A stretch of 64,000 nucleotides of DNA from assembly GCA_052327205.1 (NCBI GenBank), contig CM126205.1, positions 329,902,001 through 329,966,000 on the forward strand. Direction: 5' to 3'. Source of the stretch: Somniosus microcephalus. Lineage: Eukaryota. The notes beneath the pieces are model-generated. The model had not been told where the DNA came from. It worked only from the letters and a program-made list of their open reading frames with translations, and made no database searches. The stretch's first letter is position 1. Each line of letters opens with the position of its first letter. This document shows positions 11,696-24,074 of the stretch, in pieces. A program made the translations under genes and the position numbers.

Positions 11696-12838
11696 TTAAT
11701 TAACTCTAACTATTAGTGTTTTTTTTTTACAATGCTAAATGGGGTTTAATTTCCACGGGGTCTTTCCCAATTTTACGCTGTAACTTCGGCGTAAGATTGG
11801 CAGAAACCCAGGAGGAATGGACATACTGGAAGAACCCCTGCGGGAATTCACCACCACTGTGTGGCCTGAGAAACGATATGGCTCAGAGGCACTGTCGTTG
11901 TTCTGGAACTACCGGCATCCTAAGTGGCAATTGTGGTGCGGAGAGGACTTATTTTAGCGTAGCGTGAGGTATGCGGGGAGGAAGCAGTTCCGTGTGGCAT
12001 GCTGAGATTTCTTTCACTGGATGAGTGTAAACAGAGGAGGAATCTGTTAGTCGTTATGCATGAGGATTTGTAGGCTGTCGGGAGATTTTAAAATGGTGGA
12101 GCTTCACGCATTTTATTGGTCACATGGAGAAAAGAGAATTCCAGCGAGAGAATCTCATCTTTGTGTGATTTCATGCATGAGGTCCAAGCGCGAAATAACG
12201 TTTCATTTCAATGGTTCTTTCCCCACCCGAGTGGTGAAAAACAATGACCCAGTTCAGATAGGAAAGTATACATACGATATATCATATTGTTTCTCTGATA
12301 CTGTCAATCATCATTGATGCCACACAACAAATTGGATTGTCACTTTTCCAATTCTACCTGTAAATGATAAATAAGTTCACTTTTAGATTCTCGAGGTGCC
12401 ATTCTTATTGCATGATCCCAATACGTTGACATGCTAATTTTTATTTTAAATCGCTTGAGTTAAAGAATCTAGGAAATAAATAGAAATGTATCAGTTTTGC
12501 ATTTGTATGAATTTGTCACCAATTTAGTGTATTATGACAGGGGTCAGGTTGTGTGGGAGGACTTTTGTGCAAGGAACTCCTACGTCTATCGAGAGGACGT
12601 AATGTAATTACTAAACAACTTTTTATGCGGCTAGTTATTTTTCTGTTAAGAATTTAGTTTGCAGACAAGTTCGGTAGGTGCCTGTTTTGGCAAAGACTTC
12701 TAGTTTCAGCTGTCATTTGTTCTGTCTTTTTAGTCTGGTTCAGAGTTGATGGACAAGGCCCCTGCTTGGCTTCCTGAAATATCTGGGGAGAAGACAACAA
12801 AACCTACTCCTACATTAACCCGTTGTTAGTTGGAAATA

Positions 12839-13172
12839 CAGGAAACTTTGGCTTATCCGGAGGTTGTATGTCCGGAAACCTCGATCTAACGGCAGAAATC
12901 AGCAGCCGTTTTGGTTAGGTTTTTTTCCTCCTCCTAGCATTTTTTTGACAGTCAGGCTCTGGAAAGCGTCTCTGTAGCTTAGCAACAGCTTCAGAGATGC
13001 TTCCAAGGTACGGGCCGAGTGTTTACAAGCTGTTGCTAAGCAACAGTGTTTGTTGTCAGATATGGAGATGAAAACCTCCATATCCTTCAACATTAGCGCT
13101 GGTCTATCCGGGAGTTTTGATAGATCGGCAGCAGCTCGGTCCCGTCGGTGCCGGATATTGCGAAGTTTCCTG
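12839..13172. mobile_element. Tc1/mariner (Tigger/pogo-type) MITE
   Basis: TIRs CAGGAAACTT.G...TATCCGG / CCGGATA...CGAAGTTTCCTG flanked by TA TSD. Confidence 0.8.
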
Positions 13173-13449
13173 TAGTTATATCCTCTACTGCTTCTAGCTT
13201 CCACATATTTGAGTATACATTTTTATCTGCCAGCTATATTTTATGTCTGAAATGTTAAATAGCTTCAGAAGGCAAGGGAGGAAGGGATATCTGGGTCTTC
13301 AGGCTGGAATTAATTTGACAGAAACATCCCCAAAACCTCCCATTCCAGAAATCTATACTGATGTCTGCATTGGTGACATAACAGCTGTGTGGCTGATTTA
13401 CGAAAGAAAAAGCTTACATTTTTACAGCATATTCAGGATGTCCCATAAA

Positions 13450-14167
13450 CAGTGGTGCCACACAGCCAGCTGGGCCAGACTGCCCCAGCACACGGCGAGA
13501 TACTGCAGTCAGCAGCCGGGCCCTCAAGACCCACAACTGCTTGAGGGCGCCCAACGCGGCCATCTGACGATCCTCAATGGAAGCTCAGTAGTCCTCTACC
13601 TCTCTTGAACCTCCCAAGCTGTAGCCACTGGGGAAGCACCTCGTAGGAGCACCAGGATAGTAAAACGAGCGCACAAGACAGGCACTAAGGGCTCGCGTAA
13701 GGGTGATTAGTCATTTTCTTTTGTCAATGCTGATAGGATTTGTTTGATAAATTTATTTTTGTGTTGTATTTGTCTTTGTGGTGAAGTGAGACCCATAAGT
13801 TGGAGCGAAGGAAGGCAATCGGGTATTGGCTGTAAGAAGAGTTGTAAGGTTTGGAGCACTGTTGGCGAATGGGGAATGAGAAGGCCAATTTAGTTGAAGC
13901 GCTCTTTGTTGAGCTTGTCTCTGAAAGCTCGGGCAGACAGGAGATCTGGTCGTCATTGCCTCGCCGCCTCCTCATCCTCCTCCTGCACTGCTGCTGGTGT
14001 TGGCTTGTGCTCCTGCTGCCAGTGTGCCGCCTCCTAGGACCAAAATTGCGGGCAGCACCCTTCCAGCCAGAAATGTGCGCGCGCTTCCTGTCCCGCTTCT
14101 TATTGGAGGCTTAGTCGGCCGCTTAGCACCCGGAAAAAGGGCGCTGTGCGACCAAATTTATAGGCCA
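13450..14167 (+). mobile_element. PIF/Harbinger remnant (end of Myb-like gene plus terminus)
   Basis: GCTGTAGCCACTGGGGAAGCACCTCGTAGGAGCAC is near-identical to ~41461-41495 in the full Harbinger; ends AAATTTATAGGCC, a TIR-like sequence. Confidence 0.55.
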
Positions 14168-14682
14168 GTATATTTACTGGGTTTTAAGAAGCAGAACTGA
14201 ATAGAGAAATGCTTGAAAAGCATCACTACAGCCAATTGTATAATGGAGTCTTAGCTGTATTTCTGCAAATACACTAAAAACAAAAGATGAATTTCACAGA
14301 TGGGAAAGTCCAGTGTAAAAAAAATAACATAACTATTATGTGACCCTTTTTATCTCTAAGATTACACAAGATTCACTGCTCCAGGTACTGCACCTTGCTG
14401 TTCCTCAAGGCAGTGTCAAAGTATGAATGTTGAACCAGGCACCTTTGATAGCAGAGTCACATTCTTCTAGATAGCTTTTATAATTGCTTGTTTTTTTTGG
14501 GGGTTTGTTGCTGACCGTGGGCATGATGACCATTTATCGAACAGGACTGACTGGAATTACACTATCTATGAAAGGTTATTTTTGGTAGAAATAGATTGTT
14601 TTTTCCTGTAGCACAGCAAGGAGAAGTGTGTAAACCTCAGCAGCCCACAAATTCTGATCTTCGGCACAACATTAGGTTTTGG

Positions 14683-15280
14683 AATAACAACAGAAGATGC
14701 TGGAAAAACTCAGTAGGCCAGGCAACATCCGTGGAGAGAGAAATAGAGTCAATGTTTCAGGTCAAAACCCTTCGTCAGAACTGAGAAAAAAAGGCAGGAA
14801 ATGAAACAGATTAAAAGGCAGTTTGGGGGCTGGGAAATGGGGGAGGGGATGAAAGAAGAGATATTAAGAGATATTCAAGGTGAGACGAGATGGTAATAGG
14901 ACAGGTAAAGAAACAAACAATGGCTCTAGATGAAGTGTGTAATGCGCTGGCAGAGTGAACAAGGTTGAAGAGACAAATGGAGATCCCGTCGAAGAGAAGA
15001 GCAGAACATCTTCAAGGTAGGCATTCCTAGAAGAGGTGTGGCAGTGAACCAAACACTAATACGATAGCAAAATAGTGCGGATGCTGGAAATCCGAAATAA
15101 CAACAGAAGACACTGGAAAAACTCAGCAGGCCAGGCAACATCCGTGGAGAGAGAAATAGAGTCAACGTTTCAAGTCAAAACCCTTCTTCAGAACTGAGAA
15201 AAAAAGGCAGGACATGAAACAGATTAAAAGGCAGTTTGGGGGCTGGGAAATGGGGGAAGGGATGAAAGAAGATACATTAA
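14683..15280. repeat. Two ~185-bp direct repeats (14683-14868, 15096-15280), Penelope-like terminal repeat
   Basis: Near-identical copies of AATAACAACAGAAGA..CTGGAAAAACTCAG..GGCAACATCCGTGGAGAGAGAAATAGAGTCAA; family assignment from recollection of shark repeats. Confidence 0.6.
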
Positions 15281-16083
15281 GGGCCAGATTTTCAGTGTGC
15301 CGTGAGGCGGGCTTTTAGGCATGCGGGGGGCTAAAATCCTGAATTCGGGGATCCTGACACGATCCCGCCCAAAACCCGCCTCCATGTAAGTTTCAAGGGA
15401 GGCGAGTACCCGCGCCGCACTGGAACCTGCCGACCCGAGGCGGGAAGGGATTAGTGCCAATTAACTGTCTGTTAACAGGTAGTTAACAGGCAGTTTTTAG
15501 CCTAAACCCTATTTTGAGGGGTGTCGTGTGGGATTCCCGACGGCTCCAAACCACGCCAGGTTAGAGAAGGCGGGCCATCGGGTTGAAGGACTTGGAGGGG
15601 TCGAGATGTCAGTGTTCAGGTGAGTGATGGGTGCATGAGTGCAAAGTGTGTTTGGTGTGTCTAAAGTGTGTAAAGAAGTTTTACTTACCTGTACTTACCT
15701 TAACAGCCTTTCTTCCTCTAGGCGCTGGCAGTCCATCACTCAGCCGGAACTGAAAGCTGAATGGCCGCGATCTGTCAAAAGTGACAGCCTTCAGCTTTCA
15801 GTGCCAGTGACAGTTCTTACTGAGTCTGCGTAGAAGGACTCATGTTAGAAGTCAAACTGTCAGTGTTTGACAGCTTCAAACAGCTGTTAAACACTGATAT
15901 TTCATCTGTCAAAAACTCTTGACAGATGAAATTTCAGTCTGTGACATCACCTGTTGCCGGGTGGCCCTTAATTGGCCTGCTGAGCCCGCTGGGCGGGCTC
16001 AACAAGGTCAATCAAGGGAAAATTACGTCGATTGGCTGGACGTCGATGGAGGCGGGACTACAACCCGAAAGTTGTAGTCCCGC

Positions 16084-16499
16084 TGTAGTGGCGCTTCTTA
16101 GTTTCCAAACAGGCAGGCCACTGAGCTGTGGGGCCTTTAACAACGAGTAGACGCGTGTCGAAATAAAACGTTCCCAAACGTAGCTTTGTCTTTTAAACTG
16201 TTTACTATAACACTTAACAAACAGAATTACAAACGAACACGGTCAAAAACTGTACTGCTCCAAACCTCACAGCTTCTGCCTCTTTCACCACGTGCAGTTT
16301 AAAACTGTAAGATGGCTGCACCCATGTGTGGCTTAGGGACTGTTCCACTGTGGCAAGAATGAAGGGGGTGTCGGACTATACTACTGGAGCAAGAAAATAG
16401 GGGGTTTCTTAATACAATAAGTCGTTCAGGTAAATTAACTGTATTATGCCATTTAGCCACTATTTTAAAGTATTTTCTTAAGCTTTTATGGCTCTTACA
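16084..16499 (-). repeat. BEL 3' LTR (416 bp)
   Basis: Direct repeat of 23002-23432; by eye differs by one 15-bp indel and 2 substitutions. Confidence 0.95.
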
Positions 16500-16624
16500 T
16501 TCCGGCCCCTAATTGACTAGGCACATGAAGCATATCAATTACTCAAACATTAAGAGTCATAAACTAATGAGTTCAACATATTTACAATACAAGTGTCCAC
16601 TTTTTTCTTTCGTTCAGGAGCTTT

Positions 16625-19600
16625 TCACGCTGCTTCTTGTAGCAGGCAGAGCTTTGTGATCGGTCTCTCCAGGGTACTGGTCTTGGTTTGCAAACAGACG
16701 CGACGAACGACGCCTCTGGAGTCTGGCATGGTCTTAATTATTTTTCCCATCAACCAAGAATTTCTAGGGGCTTAATCATCCACAATTAAGACAATGTCTC
16801 CGACGATGAAGTTCCTCTTTATTTTGGACCATTTTTGACGCTCCTGTAGCAGAGGTAAGTATTCTCTTGTCCATCTGGTCCAGAAGAGGTCTGACATATA
16901 CTGAACTTGCCTCCACTTCCGACGGGCATACAGATCTTCCTTTTTGAAGACTCCCGGGGGCATGGCTGGCTGTGTTTTCAACAACAACAGGTGGTTCGGA
17001 GTCAGGGCTTCGAGGTCATTGGGATCATCTGATGTCTTAGTTATCGGTCGGTCATTAATGATGGCTTCGACCTCACACAGAACGGTTTGGAGTCCCTCGT
17101 CGTCCAGCGCTTGCTGCTTCAGTACAGAACTGAGTAGTTTTCTTACGGTGCGTATCTGTCTTTCCCAGACACCTCCGTGGTGGGATGCAGCCGGAGGATT
17201 GAAGATCCACTTAATTCCTGTTTGCATCATGGCTTCCTGTATTTTAAGCTGATTCCAACCTTCAATAGCTTCCCGTAGTTCTCTCTCTGCTCCGATGAAA
17301 TTAGTGCCATTATCAGAACGCATAATGGACACCTGTCCTCTTCTACAGACAAAGCGCCGCAAGGCGTTAATACAGGAATCAGTGTCAAGCGTGTGTGCCA
17401 CCTCAATATGAACTGCTCTGATGCTCTCAAACAAGTGAAAAGCACACCATATCTCTTGACAAGGCTCCGTCCTCGCTTTACCTCGAAAGGCCCGAAATAG
17501 TCCACCCCTATGTTTGTAAATGGGGGCTTGTCTGGTAACAAACGGTCTTCAGGCAGGTCTGCCATTTTCTGCTCCCCAGCTCTAGCGTGTAACCGTCTGC
17601 AAACAATACATTCAGAGAGTATTTTTCTTATTACGGAATTAGCTCCTGGAATCCAGTATCTTTGTCTTAGCTTCGCAAGCACGTGATTCCTCCCACTGTG
17701 TCCAATACTCTGGTGTATATGCTGAAGAATGAGATTAGCAACCCGGAGGTCCTTAGAAAGGATAGCAGGATGCTTGGCCTCCTCTGGCATAGCAGATTTG
17801 TTTAGTCTCCCTCCCACCCTCAGTACTCCATCTTGCAGTGTAGGGTCCAGCTTGTAGATATGACTACCTTTCTTGATTGGAGTATTTTGCTGTAGAGCTT
17901 CGGTTTCTTCTGGGTATCTTTGTCTTTGACTGAAGCAAACTATCTCCTTCTCAGCCTTGGCCAAATCCTCCACGGTCAATGAATTCTTGCTCAATGTGGT
18001 CTTGTGCTGATGCATATGCTGCTGTAGAAGCATTCTCTGCTTATCAGGGTTACTTTCAGACTGACTGATAGTGGCTCGGTACTCTTTTCTCTTACCGCTC
18101 AGGTGTAGCAGCAACTCTTTCAACCTTAGAAACCATGCAACTGCTTTCCTCAACTGGTGCCATCCTGAGAAATGGTTAACAAGCTTGTTCACTGTGTCAA
18201 AGTTCTCTTTCGTAGTTATGAAATTTACTGTGACTGATCTCTTGACTTCGACGTCGTCTTCAGTAATCTGACTTGGCATATCTGGTCTTTCTGGCCATGA
18301 TCTCTCTGTTTCCAGCAGATAACTTGGGCCTTGTATCCAAGTTTCACTCCTCATGAAGTTTTCAGCCTTCAATCCCCGTGAGGCTTGATCTGCTGTGTTT
18401 AATGAGGTGTTTACATACCTCCATTGAGATGGTTGTGTAGCTTCTCTAATGGATGAGATTCTGTTTGCTACGAAGGTCTTGAAGCGTATCTTCTCACTCT
18501 CTATATACTTCAGCACCGTCGTGCTATCTGTCCAGAAGACAGATTCTTCTAATGGGAGCTGTAACTCTTTACGCATCACCTGGTCAACTTTAACTGCAAC
18601 AACCGCTGCCGTCAATTCCAGTCTCGGGATGGTGACCTGCTTCAGCGGAGCCACCCTGGATTTTCCCATGAGGAAGGCACAATGTTTCTGGCCCTGTTGA
18701 TTTGTCAGCAAGAGGTAGGTAGCCGTGCCATAGCCGTCCTCACTGGCGTCCGAGAAATGATGTAGTTGAGCCGTCTTTGTAACTCCAAAACTCGCGGGCT
18801 TGATGCATCTACTGACGTTGAAGCTAGAAAGTTGTTGCAAATCTGTCAGCCATCTGTGCCATCTCTGAGCTTGACCTTCTGGGATATCTTCATCCCATCC
18901 TCTCTTGTCTCTACACAGCTCTCGTAGCATCAGCTTCACCGGCAGAATGAGTGGTGCCAGGAATCCGAGAGGGTCGTAGATGGAACTGACCACGGAGAGA
19001 ATCCCTCGTCTTGTGGATGGTCTTTCGTTCACCATTATCCTGAAGTTGAACGTGTCTGACTCAATGCACCATTGTACACCAAGAGCTCTCTCGATAGGAA
19101 GGACATCGTGGCTCAGGTCCAGATCTTTGACTTCAGTGGCTCTTTCCTTTTCTGGGATAGAAGCTAGAACTGCCCTGCTGTTGCTTATCCACTTAGTCAG
19201 ATGGAATCCTCCATTCGAACACAGAGTTCTAAGGTCTCTTGACAGTGCGATGGCATCGTCTTCTGTTGACACGGACTTCAGACAGTCATCGACATAAAAG
19301 TTTCTGAAGATTGTCTCCACAGCCTCGGATGGTGCTTTGCCCTTGCCATCTTCTGCAGTTTTTCTGAGAGCGTAGCTTGCACAGCTGGGAGATGATGTGG
19401 CTCCAAACAGGTGTACGGCCATTCTACATTCCACCATCGCTTCACTAACGTCGCCATCTGGCCACCAAAGGAAACGCAGAAGATCAGCATCTTCGTCAGG
19501 GATTCTGACTTGGTAGAACATTGATTCTATGTCTGCCATCATGGCAACGAGCTCTTGTCTAAACCTAGTCAAGACGCCAATGAGGGTATTAGTAAGATCA

Positions 19601-22600
19601 GGACCTTGAAGCAGCTGGTCATTCAATGAAGTTCCTCTGAATGAGGCGGCGCAGTCAAACACTACACGGATCTTTTTCTTCTTTGGGTGATACACCCCGT
19701 GATGAGGAATGTACCAGACCCTTCCATCGTCTCTGTTCAACTGTTCTTCGGGCACTTTTACAGCATAGCCTTTCGCTATGATGTTTCTCATGAAGTCTTT
19801 GTAGTCTTCGTGAAAGTCGGGGTTCTTGTTCAGCTTTCTCTTTAGACAGATGGCGCGTTGCTCTGCTATGCAGCGATTGTTCGGCATCTTCGCGGTCTGT
19901 CTTCTCAGTGGCAAACCAATGTGATAGTGGCCATCAATGAACTGTGTAGACCTTGTCATCAAACCCATGAACTGATGGTCTTCTTGTGACATCTCTGTCT
20001 TTTCCTCACAGCTGCGTTCTGAGAAGTCTGCGTTGAACTGCTGTATCAACAGCTCTTCAATGCTTGCGATAGAGATGCGATTAACTGTGACGTTTTGTCG
20101 TTCCTCCTTGTTCGACTTGTGGCCATCGTCTCTCCTTACCGGTCCATTGATTACCCATCCAAGGGCTGTCCTGACGGCGTAGGGTCCGTCATCCTTGCTG
20201 TTTATCACCTGCCATGGCTCCATAGTTTTGTAGGCATTGGTTCCAATTAATAGGCCAATTTCTGCTTCAATGTATGGGAGACGCACCTTTTCTAGGTAGG
20301 GCCATCTATCCACATCCTTCTGCAGGGCTAGGTTCCCTATTCTAACAGGAATCTCCCTCTGTGTGAAAACATTAGGCAGGTCTATGAAGTCCTTCTCTTC
20401 AAGTCCACACACTTCTAGGTCTGACAGGATATAACTTTGCATTGACTTCTCATGACCCATGGTGCGTAATAGGATTTCTGTTCTTCTGCCTCTAACGTTC
20501 AGCTGTCGCATGAGTGATTCTGTGCAGAACGTTGCTGAACTACCTGGATCCATGAAGGCATAAGTCTCCACAACCTTCTCACTCCTCTTAGACTTGATCC
20601 TTACTGGTACGATGGCAAGAATACAGTCACTGTCACCGGCCCCAGTGAGTCCACAAGTCTCTGGTTCTAGCGACACCAGAACACTTGAAACAACCTTCTC
20701 GTCGGTATTGTTTTCATCACTCTTCTTAGAGACTTGTTCTTCTTTATGGATATGCAGCAGACTGGGATGTTTCCGAGTGCACTCTCTGCATGTTGTTCTT
20801 TGCTTACAGTTTCTACTCAGGTGCCCCTGAGAGAGACATCCAAAACATAGGCCGTTGTACTTCAGGAATTCGATTCTGTCCTTATGTGGCTGTGCTTTGA
20901 TGTCGCTGCAGAAATCCAATGTATGATTCTTCTGGCAGAATAAGCATGGCTTCTGAAAGGCATTAGCAGGCGTCACTGTGCTGCTCTTTTTGGGAGATGA
21001 GTTCTGGGGCCTTTCTTCCTCGGCCTGAGTGACGATAGTTGCAAAGCTGCTTCCCCTGGAACCACCTTTCCTGAGAGTCTTTGATTCAGCAGGCTTGGTT
21101 TTCACTCTTCCATCGGTGGTCGGGCTGACATCCTGGATGTTTCCAAACAATGGGTCCCTAGCAATTTTAGCCTGTTTGTCTATGAAATTCACTAAGTCTG
21201 CAAACCTGGCTCTACTTTTCCGTCTCTCCATTATCTCAAAGGCTGTTCTTCTCCATTGTTCTCTCATCCTGTAAGGAAGCTTAGAGATGACGATTCTCAT
21301 AGTCGTCGGATTGTCCATCTCTTCCATGAATTCAACATCCTCCATGGTGTTGCGACATCCTATGAGGAAGAGAACATATGCGTTCAATGCCTCTCCGTCT
21401 TCCGATCTGATCTGTGGCCACTTGGTAGCCTTTTCGATATATGCAGTGGCTATCTTCAGCTCGTTACCATAGTGCTCCTGCAGCAACTTCCTGGCTTCTA
21501 TGTATCCCCGGTCCGGTCTCATGTGTTCACAGCTTCTGACCAGGTCTTGTGGTTTACCACTGGTGTACTGTCCCAGGTAGTACAACTTATCACTGCTGCT
21601 CTCTGTCTTGGAGTCAATGGCTTGTTCAAAGGATCTGATGAAGGGCTTATACTTGAGTGGGTTGCCTTGGAACACTGGTATGTCTCTTTGAGGGAGTCGA
21701 AACAGATTCTGTTGTTTTACAAGCATCTCTGTAATTTCGTTCTGACGTTGCATCACTCGGTATAGGCTTCTCCCTGTGTCTTCAGGCCTCTGGTGGTCAT
21801 CAGCAGGGTCTAGTCTAGACCGTCTGACGTCTGGGGTAGCATCACGTGCTCCTGTTAGTGGAGAGGCCACTCTTCCACGCTGTAATGCCGGGGAATTGCT
21901 TTCGGGCTCTGTTGTAACTCTTGAAGGTGCCCTGGATCCAACTCTATGTGGCAACATTGACTGGCAGTGGCTCCCGCCGTCCCGTGAGCCTTCATAATCT
22001 TCGTACGCACTCAACCTGGCATCTGAGACCTCGATAGCTGTTTTCATCTCCAGCCGTTCTTTCTTTGCCTGCACCTGGGCCCGCTGGGCCTGCACTTGGG
22101 CCTGTTGGGCCTGCACTTGGGCCTGCAGTTGGGCCTGTTGGGCCTGCAGTTGAGCCTGCAGTTGGGCCTGCAGTTGGGCCTGCAGTTGGGCCTCTTGGAC
22201 CTGCAGTTGGGCCTCTTCCCGTTCAAGAGCTTGCTTCTCATCTAAAGATGCTGCGCGCGCCATCAACGTCGCCCGTTCAGCCTCCGCTCTCATGCGTCGC
22301 GCCGAGCTTGTGGTAGAAGCGACTGACCTGCGTCCAGAAACAGAGCTACCTTCTTTTCGATTTTTGCTCGGTCTGGCGGAAGTCTCTGAAATGCTATCGT
22401 CTGGTCCGACTTCATCGTCAACCTTATCTTTCTCTGCTGTATCAGCATCTTGACGAATTTTTAACATCCACTGCTCCGTGGCCTTGATATAGTCCTTAAT
22501 GCTGGTTGATTTAAGATCAAACCAGTCGTGCTGATCAGTGTTTCCCTCTTCTTCAGACAGAAGTGCTAATACATCTTCATTGAGTATATTAAATTCTTCA

Positions 22601-22839
22601 TGCAGCTTGGAGAAATCGTAATACATCATGTCTTCAGCTTTCTTAATATTAGCATTATCTTCCATGAGACGATCAATTATCTTCATTTTTCCAGTTATCT
22701 GAACTAATTTAGCCTTCCTTGCACCTATGCTTCTATGTAACTTCTCTTCCCTTGCCTTTGGGGTGAGCTTTATTTCCCTCTTTTGGCCAGCAATCCTTCT
22801 GGCTGGGGGAAGCTCCTGGCTCCTTAAGGCCTCGGCCAT
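16625..22839 (-). CDS. BEL/Pao Gag-Pol polyprotein (Zn knuckles, protease, RT, Pao RNase H/peptidase A17, integrase) with one frameshift and one premature stop
   Basis: 1870-aa ORF: CLFC..H..C, CFGC..H..C, DPGS protease, RVVFDCAA, YVDD, HHFSDAS, TIPRLEL, HHCC; integrase DDE part in the 17434-16772 frame; the frame continues past TAA as APRNSW...LERPITKL to TGA at 16625. Confidence 0.93.
22065..22215 (-). repeat. Coding tandem repeat (QAQL/QAQV units) in BEL Gag
   Basis: Repeated CTGCAGTTGGGC / CTGCACTTGGGC 12- and 9-mers, all in frame. Confidence 0.9.
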
Positions 22840-23001
22840 TTTACCCGCAGCTCTTATTTAGCTTCTCAACAGAATGAACAAAGCAAGTAACAGTCACTGT
22901 ACCTTCGCTTTCTTAAATTGTCGTCTGGCTCCGTGACCATTCATGTATACGTTCGCCGACGATTCCGTCCCTTCCTTCTTAGGGAGCTAGTTTTTGACTA
23001 A

Positions 23002-23432
23002 TGTAGTGGCGCTTCTTAGTTTCCAAACAGGCAGGCCACTGAGCTGTGGGGCCTTTAACAACGAGTAGACGCGTGTCGAAATAAAACGTTCCCAAACGTA
23101 GCTTTGTCTTTTAAACTGTTTACTATAACACTTAACAAACAGAATTACAAAGCAAACACGTATAAACGAATACGGTCAAAAACTGTACTGCTCCAAACCT
23201 CACAGCTTCTGCCTCTTTCACCACGTGCAGTTTAAAACTGTAAGATGGCTGCACCCATGTGTGGCTTAGGGACTGTTCCATTGTGGCAAGAATGAAGGGG
23301 GTGTCGGACTATACTACTGGAGCAAGAAAATAGGGGGTTTCTTAATACAATAAGTCGTTCAGGTAAATTAACTGTATTATGCCATTTAGCCACTATTTTA
23401 AAGTATTTTCTTAAGCTTTTATGGCTCTTACA
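23002..23432 (-). repeat. BEL 5' LTR (431 bp)
   Basis: Direct repeat of 16084-16499; followed on the minus strand by TAGTCAAAAAC. Confidence 0.95.
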
Positions 23433-23672
23433 CCCGCCTCCTTCCCGACAGCTTAATGAAAATCCAGCCCTAAGAGTTTTGGCCTGCATTTTGAGCCAAT
23501 ATAAAAGTAGATTTACAATCAAACAGCCAGAATTTTTTTTTTCAATTAGTCCGGTTGAATGTCATTGTGTTCATAAATATAGTGCATCTCATAGTAAATT
23601 CCAAACTAATACACTGTTTAGTTTATTACTTAAATTGTCATTGCTGCTGGTGTAGGGATACATGTCCTGTAA

Positions 23673-23738
23673 AAGCTGACATTGATAAATGTATCATTCC
23701 TTATCAAGCTGACATTGATAAATGTATCATTCCTTATC
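23673..23738. repeat. Perfect 33-bp tandem duplication
   Basis: AAGCTGACATTGATAAATGTATCATTCCTTATC x2. Confidence 0.9.
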
Positions 23739-24074
23739 ACACACATCATGGGAACTGTTCACATTTGTATTTATACAACTGCTGTACCTATTTCCCTTCC
23801 TCGAAACAGTTTGTCATGTTCTGAAATATTTAGTTCCACTGCTACTGTGAGGTTATCGCGTTTACAACATATATGTACTGTAGTTATAGATAAACCATAC
23901 AAAAGGCTTTCAGTACCAGGTGTAAGTGAATTGTCTGCTTTTGGCCAGCGTGTATTAAAAATGTGATTCGCATCTAGCCCGACGCAACCCTGACAAGCTA
24001 AGGCCGTAATCTGTGAAGCTCTTAAATTATTGACCTGGCTCATGGGTCAAATTGCAGGAATAGTTAGAAAGAGA

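Larger units (their letters stand above)
16084..23432 (-). mobile_element. Full-length BEL/Pao LTR retrotransposon
   Basis: LTRs 16084-16499 and 23002-23432 (TG...CA), 5-bp TSD CCCGC, purine-rich tract next to the 3' LTR, single gag-pol ORF. Confidence 0.96.
15281..23470. mobile_element. Non-autonomous PIF/Harbinger element (~840 bp), split by the BEL insertion
   Basis: TIRs GGGCCAGATTTTCA / TGAAAATCCAGCCC with 3-bp TSD TAA; same family as 43553-44396 in reverse orientation. Confidence 0.8.
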
